Assembly: GCA_964016885.1 (NCBI GenBank)
Contig: OZ024740.1
Coordinates: 138,074,001-138,138,000, forward strand
Direction: 5' to 3'
DNA: 64,000 bases
From: Eledone cirrhosa
Lineage: Eukaryota
Shown: positions 26,830 through 39,700 of the stretch, one piece after another
Position numbering within the stretch: the first letter of the stretch is position 1
Layout of the letters: every line of letters starts with the position of its first letter
Notes under the pieces: model-generated
Database searches by the model: none
What the model saw: only the letters and a program-made list of their open reading frames with translations
Told to the model about the DNA's origin: nothing
Program-made: the position numbers and the translations under genes

Positions 26830-29800
26830 TCCCCCAATCTCGCATTCTCTCTCTCTCATATCACTTTTCTCTCAATCTCCCATTCTCTCTTTCTCTTATA
26901 ACTTTTCTCTCAATGACCAATTCTCTCTGTTTCTTATCACTTTTCTCTCAATCTCCAATTCTCTCTTTCTCTTATCACTTTTCTCTCAATCTCCAATTCT
27001 CTCTTTCTCTTATCACTTTTCTCTCAATCTCCAATTCTCTCTTTCTCTTATCACTTTTCTCTCAATCTCCAATTCTTTCTTTCTCTTATCACTTTTCTCT
27101 CAATCTCCAATTCTCTCTTTCTCTTATCAATTTTCTCTCAATCTCCAATTCTCTCTTTCTCTTATCACTTTTCTCTCAATCTCCAATTCTCTCTTTCTCT
27201 TATCACTTTTCTCTTAATCTCCAATTCTCTCTCTCTTTTATCACTTTTTCTCTCAATCTCCAATTCTCTCTTTTTCTTATCACTTTTCCCTCAATCTCCA
27301 ATTCTCTCTTTCTGTTATCACTTTTCTCTCAACCTCCCATTCTCTCTTTCACTTATGACTTTTCTCTCAATCACCAACTCTCTATGTCTCTTATCACTTT
27401 TCTCTGAATATCCAATTCTCTCTTTCTCTTATCACTTTTCTCTCAATCTCCAATTCTCTCTTTCTCTTATCACTTTTCTCTCAATCTCCAATTCTCTCTT
27501 TCTCTTATCACTTTTCTCTCAATCTCCAATTCTCTCTGTTTCTTATCACTTTTCTCTCAATCTCCAATTCTCTCTTTCTCTTATCACTTTTCTCTCAATC
27601 TCCAATTCTCTCTTTCTCCTATCACTTTTCTCTCAATCTCCAATTCTCTCTGTTTCTTATCACTTTTCTCTCAATCTCTAATTCTCTCTCTCTCATATCA
27701 CTTTTCTCTCAATCTCCAATTCTCTCTTTCTCTTATCACTTTTTTCTCAATCTCCAATTCTCTCTTTCTCTTATCACTTTTCTCTCAATCTCCAATTCTC
27801 TCTTTCTCTTATCACTTTTCTCTCAATCTCCAATTCTCTCTTTCTCTTATCACTTTTCTCTCAATCTCCAATTCTCTCTTTCTCTTATCACTTTTCTCTC
27901 AATCTCATATTCTCTCTTTCTCTTATTACTTTTCTCTCAATCTCCAATTCTCTCTTTCTCTTATCACTTTTCTCTCAATCTCCAATTCTCTCTGTCTCTT
28001 ATCACTTTTTCTCACAATCTCCAATTCTCTCTTTTTCTTATCACTTTTCCCTCAATCTCCAATTCTCTCTTTCTCTTATCACTTTTCTCTCAACCTCCCA
28101 TTCTTTCTTTCTCTTATGACTTTTCTCTCAATCACCAATTCTCTATGTCTCTTATCACTTTTCTCTGACTCTCCAATTCTCTCTTTCTCTTATCAATTTT
28201 CTCTCAATCTTCAATTCTCTCTTTCTCTTATCACTTATCCCCCAATCTACAATTCTCTCTTTCTCTGATCACTTTTTGCTCAATCTCCAATTCTCTCTTT
28301 CTCTTATCACTTTTCCCTCAATCTCCAATTCTCTCTTTCTCTTATCACTTTTCTCTCACTCTCCAATTCTCTCTCTCTGTTATCACTTTTCCCCCAATCT
28401 CCCATTCTCTCTCTCTCATATCACTTTTCTCTCAATCTCCAATTCTCTCTTTCTCTTATCACTTTTCCCCCAATCTCCCATTCTCTCTCTCTCATATCAC
28501 TTTTCTCTCAATCTCCAATTCTCTCTTTCTCTTATCAATTTTCTCTCAAATCTCCTATTCTCTCTTTCTCTCATCACTTTTCTCTCAATCTCCAATTCTC
28601 TCTTTCTCTCATCACTTTTCTCTCAATCTCCAATTCTCTCTTTCTCTTATCACTTTTCTCTCAATCTCCAATTCTCTCTTTGTCTTATCACTTTTCTCTC
28701 AATCTCCAATTCTCTCTTTCTCTTATCACTTTTCTCTCAATCTCCAATTCTCTCTTTCTCTTATCACTTTTCTCTCAATCTCCAATTCTCTCTTTCTCTT
28801 ATCACTTTTCTCTCAATCTCCAATTCTCTCTTTCTCTTATCACTTTTCTCTCAATCTCCAATTCGCTCTTTTTATTATCACTTTTCTCTCAATCTCCAAT
28901 TCTCTCTTTCTCTTATCACTTTTCTCTCAATCACCAATTCTCTCTTTCTCTTATCACATTTCTCTCAATCTCCCATTCTCTCTTTCTCTCATCACTTTTT
29001 GCTCAATCTCCAATTCTCTCTTTCTCTTATCACTTTTCTCTCAATCTCCAATTCTCTCTTTTTCTTATCACTTTTCTCTCAATCTCTAATTCTCTCTGTT
29101 TCTTATCACTTTTCTCTCAATCTCATATTCTCTCTTTCTCTTATTACTTTTCTCTCAATCTCCAATTCGCTCTTTCTCTTATCACTTTTCTCTCAATCTC
29201 CAATTCTCTCTGTCTCTTATCACTTTTTCTCACAATCTCCAATTCTCTCTTTTTCTTATCACTTTTCATTCAATCTCCAATTCTCTCTTTCTCTTATCAC
29301 TTTTCTCTCAAACTCCCATTCTCTCTTTCTCTTATGACTTTTCTCTCAATCTTCAATTCTCTCTTTCTCTTATCACTTATCCCCCAATCTACAATTCTCT
29401 CTTTCTCTTATCACTTTTTGCTCAATCTCCAATTCTCTCTTTCTCTTATCACTTTTCTCTCAATCTCCAATTCTCTCTTTCTCTTATCACTGTTCTCTCA
29501 ATCTCCAATTCTCTCTGTTACTTAACACTTGTCTCTCAATCTCCAATTCTCTCTCTCTGTTATCACTTTTCCCCCAATCTCCCATTCTCTCTCTCTCATA
29601 TCACTTTTCTCTCAATCTCCAATTCTCTCTGTCTCTTATCACTTTTCCCCCAATCTCCCATTCTCTCTCTCTCATATCACTTTTCTCTCAATCTCCAATT
29701 CTCTCTTTCTCTTATCACTTTTCTCTCAATCTCCTATTCTCTCTTTCTCTCATCACTTTTCTCTCAATCTCCAATTCTCTCTTTCTCTCATCACTTTTCT

Positions 29801-32800
29801 CTCAATCTCCAATTCTCTCTTTCTCTTATCACTTTTCTCTCAATCTCCAATTCTCTCTTTCTCTTATCACTTTTCTCTCAATCTCCAATTCTCTCTTTCT
29901 CTTATCACTTTTCTCTCAATCTCCAATTCTCTCTTTCTTTTATCACTTTTATCTCAATCTCCAATTCTCTCTTTCTCATATCACTTTTCTCTCAATCTCC
30001 AATTCTCTCTTTCTATTATCACTTTACTCTCAATCTCCAATTCTCTCTTTCTCTTATCACTTTTCTGTCAATCTCCAATTCTCTCTTTCTCTTATCACTT
30101 TTCTCTCAATCACCAATTCTCTCTTTCTCTTATCACATTTCTCTCAATCTCCAATTCTCTCTTTCTCTTATCACTTTTTGCTCAATCTCCAATTCTCTCT
30201 TTCTCTTATCACTTTTCTCTCAATCTCCAATTCTCTCTTTCTCTTATCACTTTTCTCTCAATCTCCAATTCACTCTTTCTCTTATCACTTTTCTCTCAAT
30301 CTCCAATTCTCTCTTTCTCTTATCACTTTTCTATCAATCTCCAATTCTCTCTTTCTCTTATCACTTTTCTCTCAATCTCCAATTCTCTCTTTCTCTTATC
30401 ACTTTTCTCTCAATCTCCAATTCTCTCTTTCTCTTATAACTTTTCTCTCAATCTCCAATCCTCTCTTTCTCTTATTACTTTTCTCTCAATCTCCAATTCT
30501 CTCTTTCTCTTATCACTTTTCTCTCAATCTCCAATTCTCTCTTTCTCTTATCACTTTTCTCTCAATCTCCAATTCTCTCTTTCTCTTATCACTTTTCTCT
30601 CAATCTCCAATTCTCTCTTTCTCTGATCACTTTTCTCTCAATCTCCAATTCTCTCTTTCTCTTATCACTTTCCTCTCAATCTCCAATTCTCTCTTTCTCT
30701 GATCACTTTTCTCTCAATCTCCAATTCTCTCTTTCTCTTATCACTTTTCTCTCAATCTCCAATTCTCTCTTTCTCTTATCACTTTTCTCTCAATCTCCAA
30801 TTCTCTCTCTCTGTTATCACTTTTCCCCCAATCTCCCATTCTCTCTCTCTCATATCACTTTTCTCTCAATCTCCCATTCTCTCTTTCTCTTATAACTTTT
30901 CTCTCAATGTCCAATTCTCTCTGTTTCTTATCACTTTTCTCTCAATCTCCCATTCTCTCTTTCTCTTATCACTTTTCTCTCAATCTCCATTTCTCTCTTT
31001 CTCTTATCACTTTTCTCTCAATGTCCAATTCTCTCTGTTTCTTATCACTTTTCTCTCAATCTCCAATTCTTTCTTTCTCTTATCACTTTTCTCTCAATCT
31101 CCAATTCTCTCTTTCTCTTATCAATTTTCTCTCAATCTCCAATTCTCTCTTTCTCTTATCACTTTTCTCTCAATCTCCAATTCTCTCTTTCTCTTATCAC
31201 TTTTCTCTTAATCTCCAATTCTCTCTCTCTTTTATCACTTTTTCTCTCAATCTCCAATTCTCTCTTTTTCTTATCACTTTTCCCTCAATCTCCAATTCTC
31301 TCTTTCTGTTATCACTTTTCTCTCAACCTCCCATTCTCTCTTTCTCTTATGACTTTTCTCTCAATCACCAACTCTCTATGTCTCTTATCACTTTTCTGCC
31401 ATCTCCAATTCTCTCTTTCTCTTATCACTTTTCTCTCAATCTCCAATTCTCTCTTTCTCTTATCACTTTTCTCTCAATCTCCAATTCTCTCTTTCTCTTA
31501 TCACTTTTCTCTCAATCTCCAATTCTCTCTTTCTCTGATCACTTTTCTCTCAATCTCCAATTCACTCTTTCTCTTATCACTTATCCCCCAATCTCGCATT
31601 CTCTCTCTCTCATATCACTTTTCTCTCAATCTCCCATTCTCTCTTTCTCTTATAACTTTTCTCTCAATGACCAATTCTCTCTGTTTCTTATCACTTTTCT
31701 CTCAATCTCCAATTCTCTCTTTCTCTTATCACTTTTCTCTCAATCTCCAATTCTCTCTTTCTCTTATCACTTTTCTCTCAATCTCCAATTCTCTCTTTCT
31801 CTTATCACTTTTCTCTCAATCTCCAATTCTTTCTTTCTCTTATCACTTTTCTCTCAATCTCCAATTCTCTCTTTCTCTTATCAATTTTCTCTCAATCTCC
31901 AATTCTCTCTTTCTCTTATCACTTTTCTCTCAATCTCCAATTCTCTCTTTCTCTTATCACTTTTCTCTTAATCTCCAATTCTCTCTCTCTTTTATCACTT
32001 TTTCTCTCAATCTCCAATTCTCTCTTTTTCTTATCACTTTTCCCTCAATCTCCAATTCTCTCTTTCTGTTATCACTTTTCTCTCAACCTCCCATTCTCTC
32101 TTTCACTTATGACTTTTCTCTCAATCACCAACTCTCTATGTCTCTTATCACTTTTCTCTGAATATCCAATTCTCTCTTTCTCTTATCACTTTTCTCTCAA
32201 TCTCCAATTCTCTCTTTCTCTTATCACTTTTCTCTCAATCTCCAATTCTCTCTTTCTCTTATCACTTTTCTCTCAATCTCCAATTCTCTCTGTTTCTTAT
32301 CACTTTTCTCTCAATCTCCAATTCTCTCTTTCTCTTATCACTTTTCTCTCAATCTCCAATTCTCTCTTTCTCCTATCACTTTTCTCTCAATCTCCAATTC
32401 TCTCTGTTTCTTATCACTTTTCTCTCAATCTCTAATTCTCTCTCTCTCATATCACTTTTCTCTCAATCTCCAATTCTCTCTTTCTCTTATCACTTTTTTC
32501 TCAATCTCCAATTCTCTCTTTCTCTTATCACTTTTCTCTCAATCTCCAATTCTCTCTTTCTCTTATCACTTTTCTCTCAATCTCCAATTCTCTCTTTCTC
32601 TTATCACTTTTCTCTCAATCTCCAATTCTCTCTTTCTCTTATCACTTTTCTCTCAATCTCATATTCTCTCTTTCTCTTATTACTTTTCTCTCAATCTCCA
32701 ATTCTCTCTTTCTCTTATCACTTTTCTCTCAATCTCCAATTCTCTCTGTCTCTTATCACTTTTTCTCACAATCTCCAATTCTCTCTTTTTCTTATCACTT

Positions 32801-35800
32801 TTCCCTCAATCTCCAATTCTCTCTTTCTCTTATCACTTTTCTCTCAACCTCCCATTCTTTCTTTCTCTTATGACTTTTCTCTCAATCACCAATTCTCTAT
32901 GTCTCTTATCACTTTTCTCTGACTCTCCAATTCTCTCTTTCTCTTATCAATTTTCTCTCAATCTTCAATTCTCTCTTTCTCTTATCACTTATCCCCCAAT
33001 CTACAATTCTCTCTTTCTCTGATCACTTTTTGCTCAATCTCCAATTCTCTCTTTCTCTTATCACTTTTCCCTCAATCTCCAATTCTCTCTTTCTCTTATC
33101 ACTTTTCTCTCAATCTCCAATTCTCTCTCTCTGTTATCACTTTTCCCCCAATCTCCCATTCTCTCTCTCTCATATCACTTTTCTCTCAATCTCCAATTCT
33201 CTCTTTCTCTTATCACTTTTCCCCCAATCTCCCATTCTCTCTCTCTCTCATATCACTTTTCTCTCAATCTCCAATTCTCTCTTTCTCTTATCAATTTTCT
33301 CTCAAATCTCCTATTCTCTCTTTCTCTCATCACTTTTCTCTCAATCTCCAATTCTCTCTTTCTCTCATCACTTTTCTCTCAATCTCCAATTCTCTCTTTC
33401 TCTTATCACTTTTCTCTCAATCTCCAATTCTCTCTTTGTCTTATCACTTTTCTCTCAATCTCCAATTCTCTCTTTCTCTTATCACTTTTCTCTCAATCTC
33501 CAATTCTCTCTTTCTCTTATCACTTTTCTCTCAATCTCCAATTCTCTCTTTCTCTTATCACTTTTCTCTCAATCTCCAATTCTCTCTTTCTCTTATCACT
33601 TTTCTCTCAATCTCCAATTCGCTCTTTTTATTATCACTTTTCTCTCAATCTCCAATTCTCTCTTTCTCTTATCACTTTTCTCTCAATCACCAATTCTCTC
33701 TTTCTCTTATCACATTTCTCTCAATCTCCCATTCTCTCTTTCTCTCATCACTTTTTGCTCAATCTCCAATTCTCTCTTTCTCTTATCACTTTTCTCTCAA
33801 TCTCCAATTCTCTCTCTCTGTTATCACTTTTCCCCCAATCTCCCATTCTCTCTCTCTCATATCACTTTTCTCTCAATCTCCAATTCTCTCTTTCTCTTAT
33901 CACTTTTCCCCCAATCTCCCATTCTCTCTCTCTCTCATATCACTTTTCTCTCAATCTCTAATTCTCTCTTTCTCTTATCACTTTTCTCTCAATCTCCAAT
34001 TCTCTCTTTCTCTTATCACTTTTCTCTCAATCTCCAATACTCTCTTTCTCTTATCACTTTTCTCTCAATCTCAAATTCTCTCATTCTCTTATCACTTTTC
34101 TCTCAATCTCCAATTCTCTCTTTCTCTTATCACTTTTCTCTCAATCTCCAATTCTCTCTTTCTCTTATCACTTTTCTCTCAATCTCCAATTCTCTCTTTC
34201 TCTTATCACTTTTCTCTCAATCTCCAATTCGCTCTTTTTATTATCACTTTTCTCTCAATCTCCAATTCTCTCTTTCTCTTATCACTTTTCTCTCAATCAC
34301 CAATTCTCTCTTTCTCTTATCACATTTCTCTCAATCTCCCATTCTCTCTTTCTCTCATCACTTTTTGCTCAATCTCCAATTCTCTCTTTCTCTTATCTCT
34401 TTTCTCTCAATCTCCAATTCTCTCTTTTTCTTATCACTTTTCTCTCAATCTCTAATTCTCTCTGTTTCTTATCACTTTTCTCTCAATCTCATATTCTCTC
34501 TTTCTCTTATTACTTTTCTCTCAATCTCCAATTCGCTCTTTCTCTTATCACTTTTCTCTCAATCTCCAATTCTCTCTGTCTCTTATCACTTTTTCTCACA
34601 ATCTCCAATTCTCTCTTTTTCTTATCACTTTTCATTCAATCTCCAATTCTCTCTTTCTCTTATCACTTTTCTCTCAAACTCCCATTCTCTCTTTCTCTTA
34701 TGACTTTTCTCTCAATCTTCAATTCTCTCTTTCTCTTATCACTTATCCCCCAATCTACAATTCTCTCTTTCTCTTATCACTTTTTGCTCAATCTCCAATT
34801 CTCTCTTTCTCTTATCACTTTTCTCTCAATCTCCAATTCTCTCTTTCTCTTATCACTGTTCTCTCAATCTCCAATTCTCTCTGTTACTTAACACTTGTCT
34901 CTCAATCTCCAATTCTCTCTCTCTGTTATCACTTTTCCCCCAATCTCCCATTCTCTCTCTCTCATATCACTTTTCTCTCAATCTCCAATTCTCTCTGTCT
35001 CTTATCACTTTTCCCCCAATCTCCCATTCTCTCTCTCTCATATCACTTTTCTCTCAATCTCCAATTCTCTCTTTCTCTTATCACTTTTCTCTCAATCTCC
35101 TATTCTCTCTTTCTCTCATCACTTTTCTCTCAATCTCCAATTCTCTCTTTCTCTCATCACTTTTCTCTCAATCTCCAATTCTCTCTTTCTCTTATCACTT
35201 TTCTCTCAATCTCCAATTCTCTCTTTCTCTTATCACTTTTCTCTCAATCTCCAATTCTCTCTTTCTCTTATCACTTTTCTCTCAATCTCCAATTCTCTCT
35301 TTCTTTTATCACTTTTATCTCAATCTCCAATTCTCTCTTTCTCATATCACTTTTCTCTCAATCTCCAATTCTCTCTTTCTATTATCACTTTACTCTCAAT
35401 CTCCAATTCTCTCTTTCTCTTATCACTTTTCTGTCAATCTCCAATTCTCTCTTTCTCTTATCACTTTTCTCTCAATCACCAATTCTCTCTTTCTCTTATC
35501 ACATTTCTCTCAATCTCCAATTCTCTCTTTCTCTTATCACTTTTTGCTCAATCTCCAATTCTCTCTTTCTCTTATCACTTTTCTCTCAATCTCCAATTCT
35601 CTCTTTCTCTTATCACTTTTCTCTCAATCTCCAATTCACTCTTTCTCTTATCACTTTTCTCTCAATCTCCAATTCTCTCTTTCTCTTATCACTTTTCTAT
35701 CAATCTCCAATTCTCTCTTTCTCTTATCACTTTTCTCTCAATCTCCAATTCTCTCTTTCTCTTATCACTTTTCTCTCAATCTCCAATTCTCTCTTTCTCT

Positions 35801-36760
35801 TATAACTTTTCTCTCAATCTCCAATCCTCTCTTTCTCTTATTACTTTTCTCTCAATCTCCAATTCTCTCTTTCTCTTATCACTTTTCTCTCAATCTCCAA
35901 TTCTCTCTTTCTCTTATCACTTTTCTCTCAATCTCCAATTCTCTCTTTCTCTTATCACTTTTCTCTCAATCTCCAATTCTCTCTTTCTCTGATCACTTTT
36001 CTCTCAATCTCCAATTCTCTCTTTCTCTTATCACTTTCCTCTCAATCTCCAATTCTCTCTTTCTCTGATCACTTTTCTCTCAATCTCCAATTCTCTCTTT
36101 CTCTTATCACTTTTCTCTCAATCTCCAATTCTCTCTTTCTCTTATCACTTTTCTCTCAATCTCCAATTCTCTCTCTCTGTTATCACTTTTCCCCCAATCT
36201 CCCATTCTCTCTCTCTCATATCACTTTTCTCTCAATCTCCCATTCTCTCTTTCTCTTATAACTTTTCTCTCAATGTCCAATTCTCTCTGTTTCTTATCAC
36301 TTTTCTCTCAATCTCCCATTCTCTCTTTCTCTTATCACTTTTCTCTCAATCTCCAATTCTCTCTTTCTCTTATCACTTTTCTCTCAATGTCCAATTCTCT
36401 CTGTTTCTTATCACTTTTCTCTCAATCTCCAATTCTTTCTTTCTCTTATCACTTTTCTCTCAATCTCCAATTCTCTCTTTCTCTTATCAATTTTCTCTCA
36501 ATCTCCAATTCTCTCTTTCTCTTATCACTTTTCTCTCAATCTCCAATTCTCTCTTTCTCTTATCACTTTTCTCTTAATCTCCAATTCTCTCTCTCTTTTA
36601 TCACTTTTTCTCTCAATCTCCAATTCTCTCTTTTTCTTATCACTTTTCCCTCAATCTCCAATTCTCTCTTTCTGTTATCACTTTTCTCTCAACCTCCCAT
36701 TCTCTCTTTCTCTTATGACTTTTCTCTCAATCACCAACTCTCTATGTCTCTTATCACTTT
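26830..36760 (+). repeat. Higher-order tandem duplication, offset 4,754 then 5,366 bp (~26.8-31.4 kb vs ~31.6-36.8 kb)
   Basis: ORF pairs 27355/32109 and 28276/33030 are +4,754; 29529/34895, 30178/35544 and 30907/36273 are +5,366. Private variants TTTTCATTCAAT (A at 29268/34634), CTGTTACTTAACACTTGTC and CACTTTACTC are shared. Confidence 0.92.
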
Positions 36761-39700
36761 TCTCTGAATATCCAATTCTCTCTTTCTCTTATCACTTTTC
36801 TCTCAATCTCCAATTCTCTCTTTCTCTTATCACTTTTCTCTCAATCTCCAATTCTCTCTTTCTCTTATCACTTTTCTCTCAATCTCCAATTCTCTCTTTC
36901 TCTGATCACTTTTCTCTCAATCTCCAATTCACTCTTTCTCTTATCACTTTTCTCTCAATCTCCAATTCTCTCTTTCTCTTATCACTTTCCTCTCAATCTC
37001 CAATTCTCTCTTTCTCTGATCACTTTTCTCTCAATCTCCAATTCTCTCTTTCTCTTATCACTTTTCTCTCAATCTCCAATTCTCTCTTTCTCTTATCACT
37101 TTTCTCTCAATCTCCAATTCTCTCTTTCTCTTATCACTTTTCCCCCAATCTCCAATTCTCTCTTTCTCTTATCACTTTTCTCTCAATCTCCAATTCTCTC
37201 ATTCTCTTATCACTTTTCTCCCAATCTCCAATTCTCTCTGTTTCTTATCACTTTTCTCTCAATCTCCAATTCTCTCTTTCTCTTATCACTTTTCTCTCAA
37301 TCTCCAATTCTCTCTTTCTCTTATCACTTTTCTCTCAATCTCCAATTCTCTCTTTCTCTTATCACTTTTCTCTCAATCTCCAATACTCTCTTTCTCTTAT
37401 CACTTTTCTCTCAATCTCAAATTCTCTCATTCTCTTATCACTTTTCTCTCAATCTCCAATTCTCTCTTTCTCTTATCACTTTTCTCTCAATCTCCAATTC
37501 TCTCTTTCTCTTATCACTTTTCTCTCAATCTCCAATCCTCTCTTTCTCTTATCACTTTTCTCTCAATGTCCAATTCTCTCTGTTTCTTATCACTTTTCTC
37601 TCAATCTCCAATTCTCTCTCCCTGTTATCACTTTTCCCCCAATCTTCCATTCTCTCTCTCTCATATCACTTTTCTCTCAATCTTCAATTCTCTCTTTCTC
37701 TTATCACTTTTCTCTCAATCTCCAATTCTCTCTTTCTCTTATCACTTTTCTCTCAATCTCCAATTTTCTCTTTCTCTTATCACATTTCTCTCAATCTCCA
37801 CTTCTCTCTTTCTCTTATCACTTTTCTCTCAATCTCCAATTCTCTCTTTCTCTTATGACTTTTCTCTCAATCACCAATTCTCTCTGTCTCTTATCACTTT
37901 TCTCTCAATCGCCAATTCTTTCTGACTCTTATCACTTTTCTCTCAATCTCCAAATCTCTCTTTCTCTTATCACTTTTTTCTCAATCTCCAATTCTCTCTT
38001 ACTCTTATCACTTTTCTCTCAATCTCCAATTCTCTCTTTCTCTCATCACTTTTCTCTCAATCTCCAATTCTCTCTTTCTCTTATCACTTTTCTCTCAATC
38101 TCCAATTCTCTCTTTCTCTTATCACTTTTCTCTCAATCTCCAATTCACTCTTTCTCTTATCACTTTTCTCTCAATCTCCAATTCTCTCTTTCTCTTATCA
38201 CTTTTCTCTCAATCTCCAATTCTCCCTTTCTCTTATCACTTTTCTCTCAATCTCCAATTCACTCTTTCTCTTATCACTTTTCTCTCAATCTCCAATTCTC
38301 TCTTTTTCCTATCACTTTTCCCTCAATCTCCAATTCTCTCTTTCTCTTATCACTTTTCCCCCAATCTCCAATTCTCTCTTTCTCTTATCACGTTTCTCTC
38401 AATCTCCTATTCTCTCTTTCTCTTATCACTTTTCTCCCAATCTCCAATTCTCTCTGTTTCTTATCACTTTTCTCTCAATCTCCAAATCTCTCTTTCTATT
38501 ATCACTTTTCTCTCAATATCCAATTCTCTCTTTCTCTTATCACTTTTCTCTCAATCTCCAATCCTCTCTTTCTCTTATCACTTTTCTCTCAATGTCCAAT
38601 TCTCTCTGTTTCTTATCACTTTTCTCTCAATCTCCAATTCTCTCTCCCTGTTATCACTTTTCCCCCAATCTCCCATTCTCTCTCTCTCATATCACTTTTC
38701 TCTCAATCTCCACTTCTCTCTTTCTCTTATCACTTTTCTCTCAATCTCCAAATCTCTCTTTCTATTATCACTTTTCTCTCAATCTCCAAATCTCTCTTTC
38801 TCTTATCACTTTTATCTCAATCTCCAATTCTCTCTTACTCTTATCACTTTTCTCTCAATCTCCAATTCTCTCTTTCTCTCATCACTTTTCTCTCAATCTC
38901 CAATTCTCTCTTTCTCTTATCACTTTTATCTCAATCTCCAATTATCTCTTTCTCTTATCACTTTTCTCTCAATCTCCAATTCTCTCTTTCTCTTATCACT
39001 TTTCTCTCAATCTCCAATTCTCTCTTTCTCTTATCCCTTTTCTCTCAATCTCCAATTCTCTCTTTCTCTTATCACTTTTCTCTCAATCTCCAATTCTCTC
39101 TTTCTCTTATCACTTTTCTCTCAATCTCCAATTCTCTCTTTCTCTTATCACTTTTCTCTCAATCTCCAATTCTCTCTTTCTCTTATCACTTTTCTCTCAA
39201 TCTCCAATTCTCTCTTTCTCTTATCACTTTTCTCTCAATCTCCAATTCTCTGTTTCTCTTATCACTTTTCTCTCAATCTCCAATCCTCTCTTTCTCTTAT
39301 CACTTTTCTCTCAATGTCCAATTCTCTCTTTCTCTTATCACTTTTCTCTCAATCTCCAATTCTCTCTTTCTCTTAACACTTTTCCCCCAATCTCCAATTC
39401 TCTCTTTCTCTTATCACTTTTCTCTCAATCTCCAATTCTCTCTTTCTCTTATCACTTTTCTCTCAATCTCCAATTCTCTCTTTCTCTTATCACTTTTCTC
39501 TCAATATCCAATTCTCTCTTTCTCTTATCACTTTTCTCTCAATCTCCAATTCTCTCTTTCTCTTATCACTTTTCTCTCAATCTCCAATTCTCTCTTTCTC
39601 TTATCACTTTTCTCTCAATCTCCAATTCTCTCTTTCTCTGATCACTTTTCTCTCAATCTCCAATTCTCTCTTTCTCTTATCACTTTCCTCTCAATCTCCA

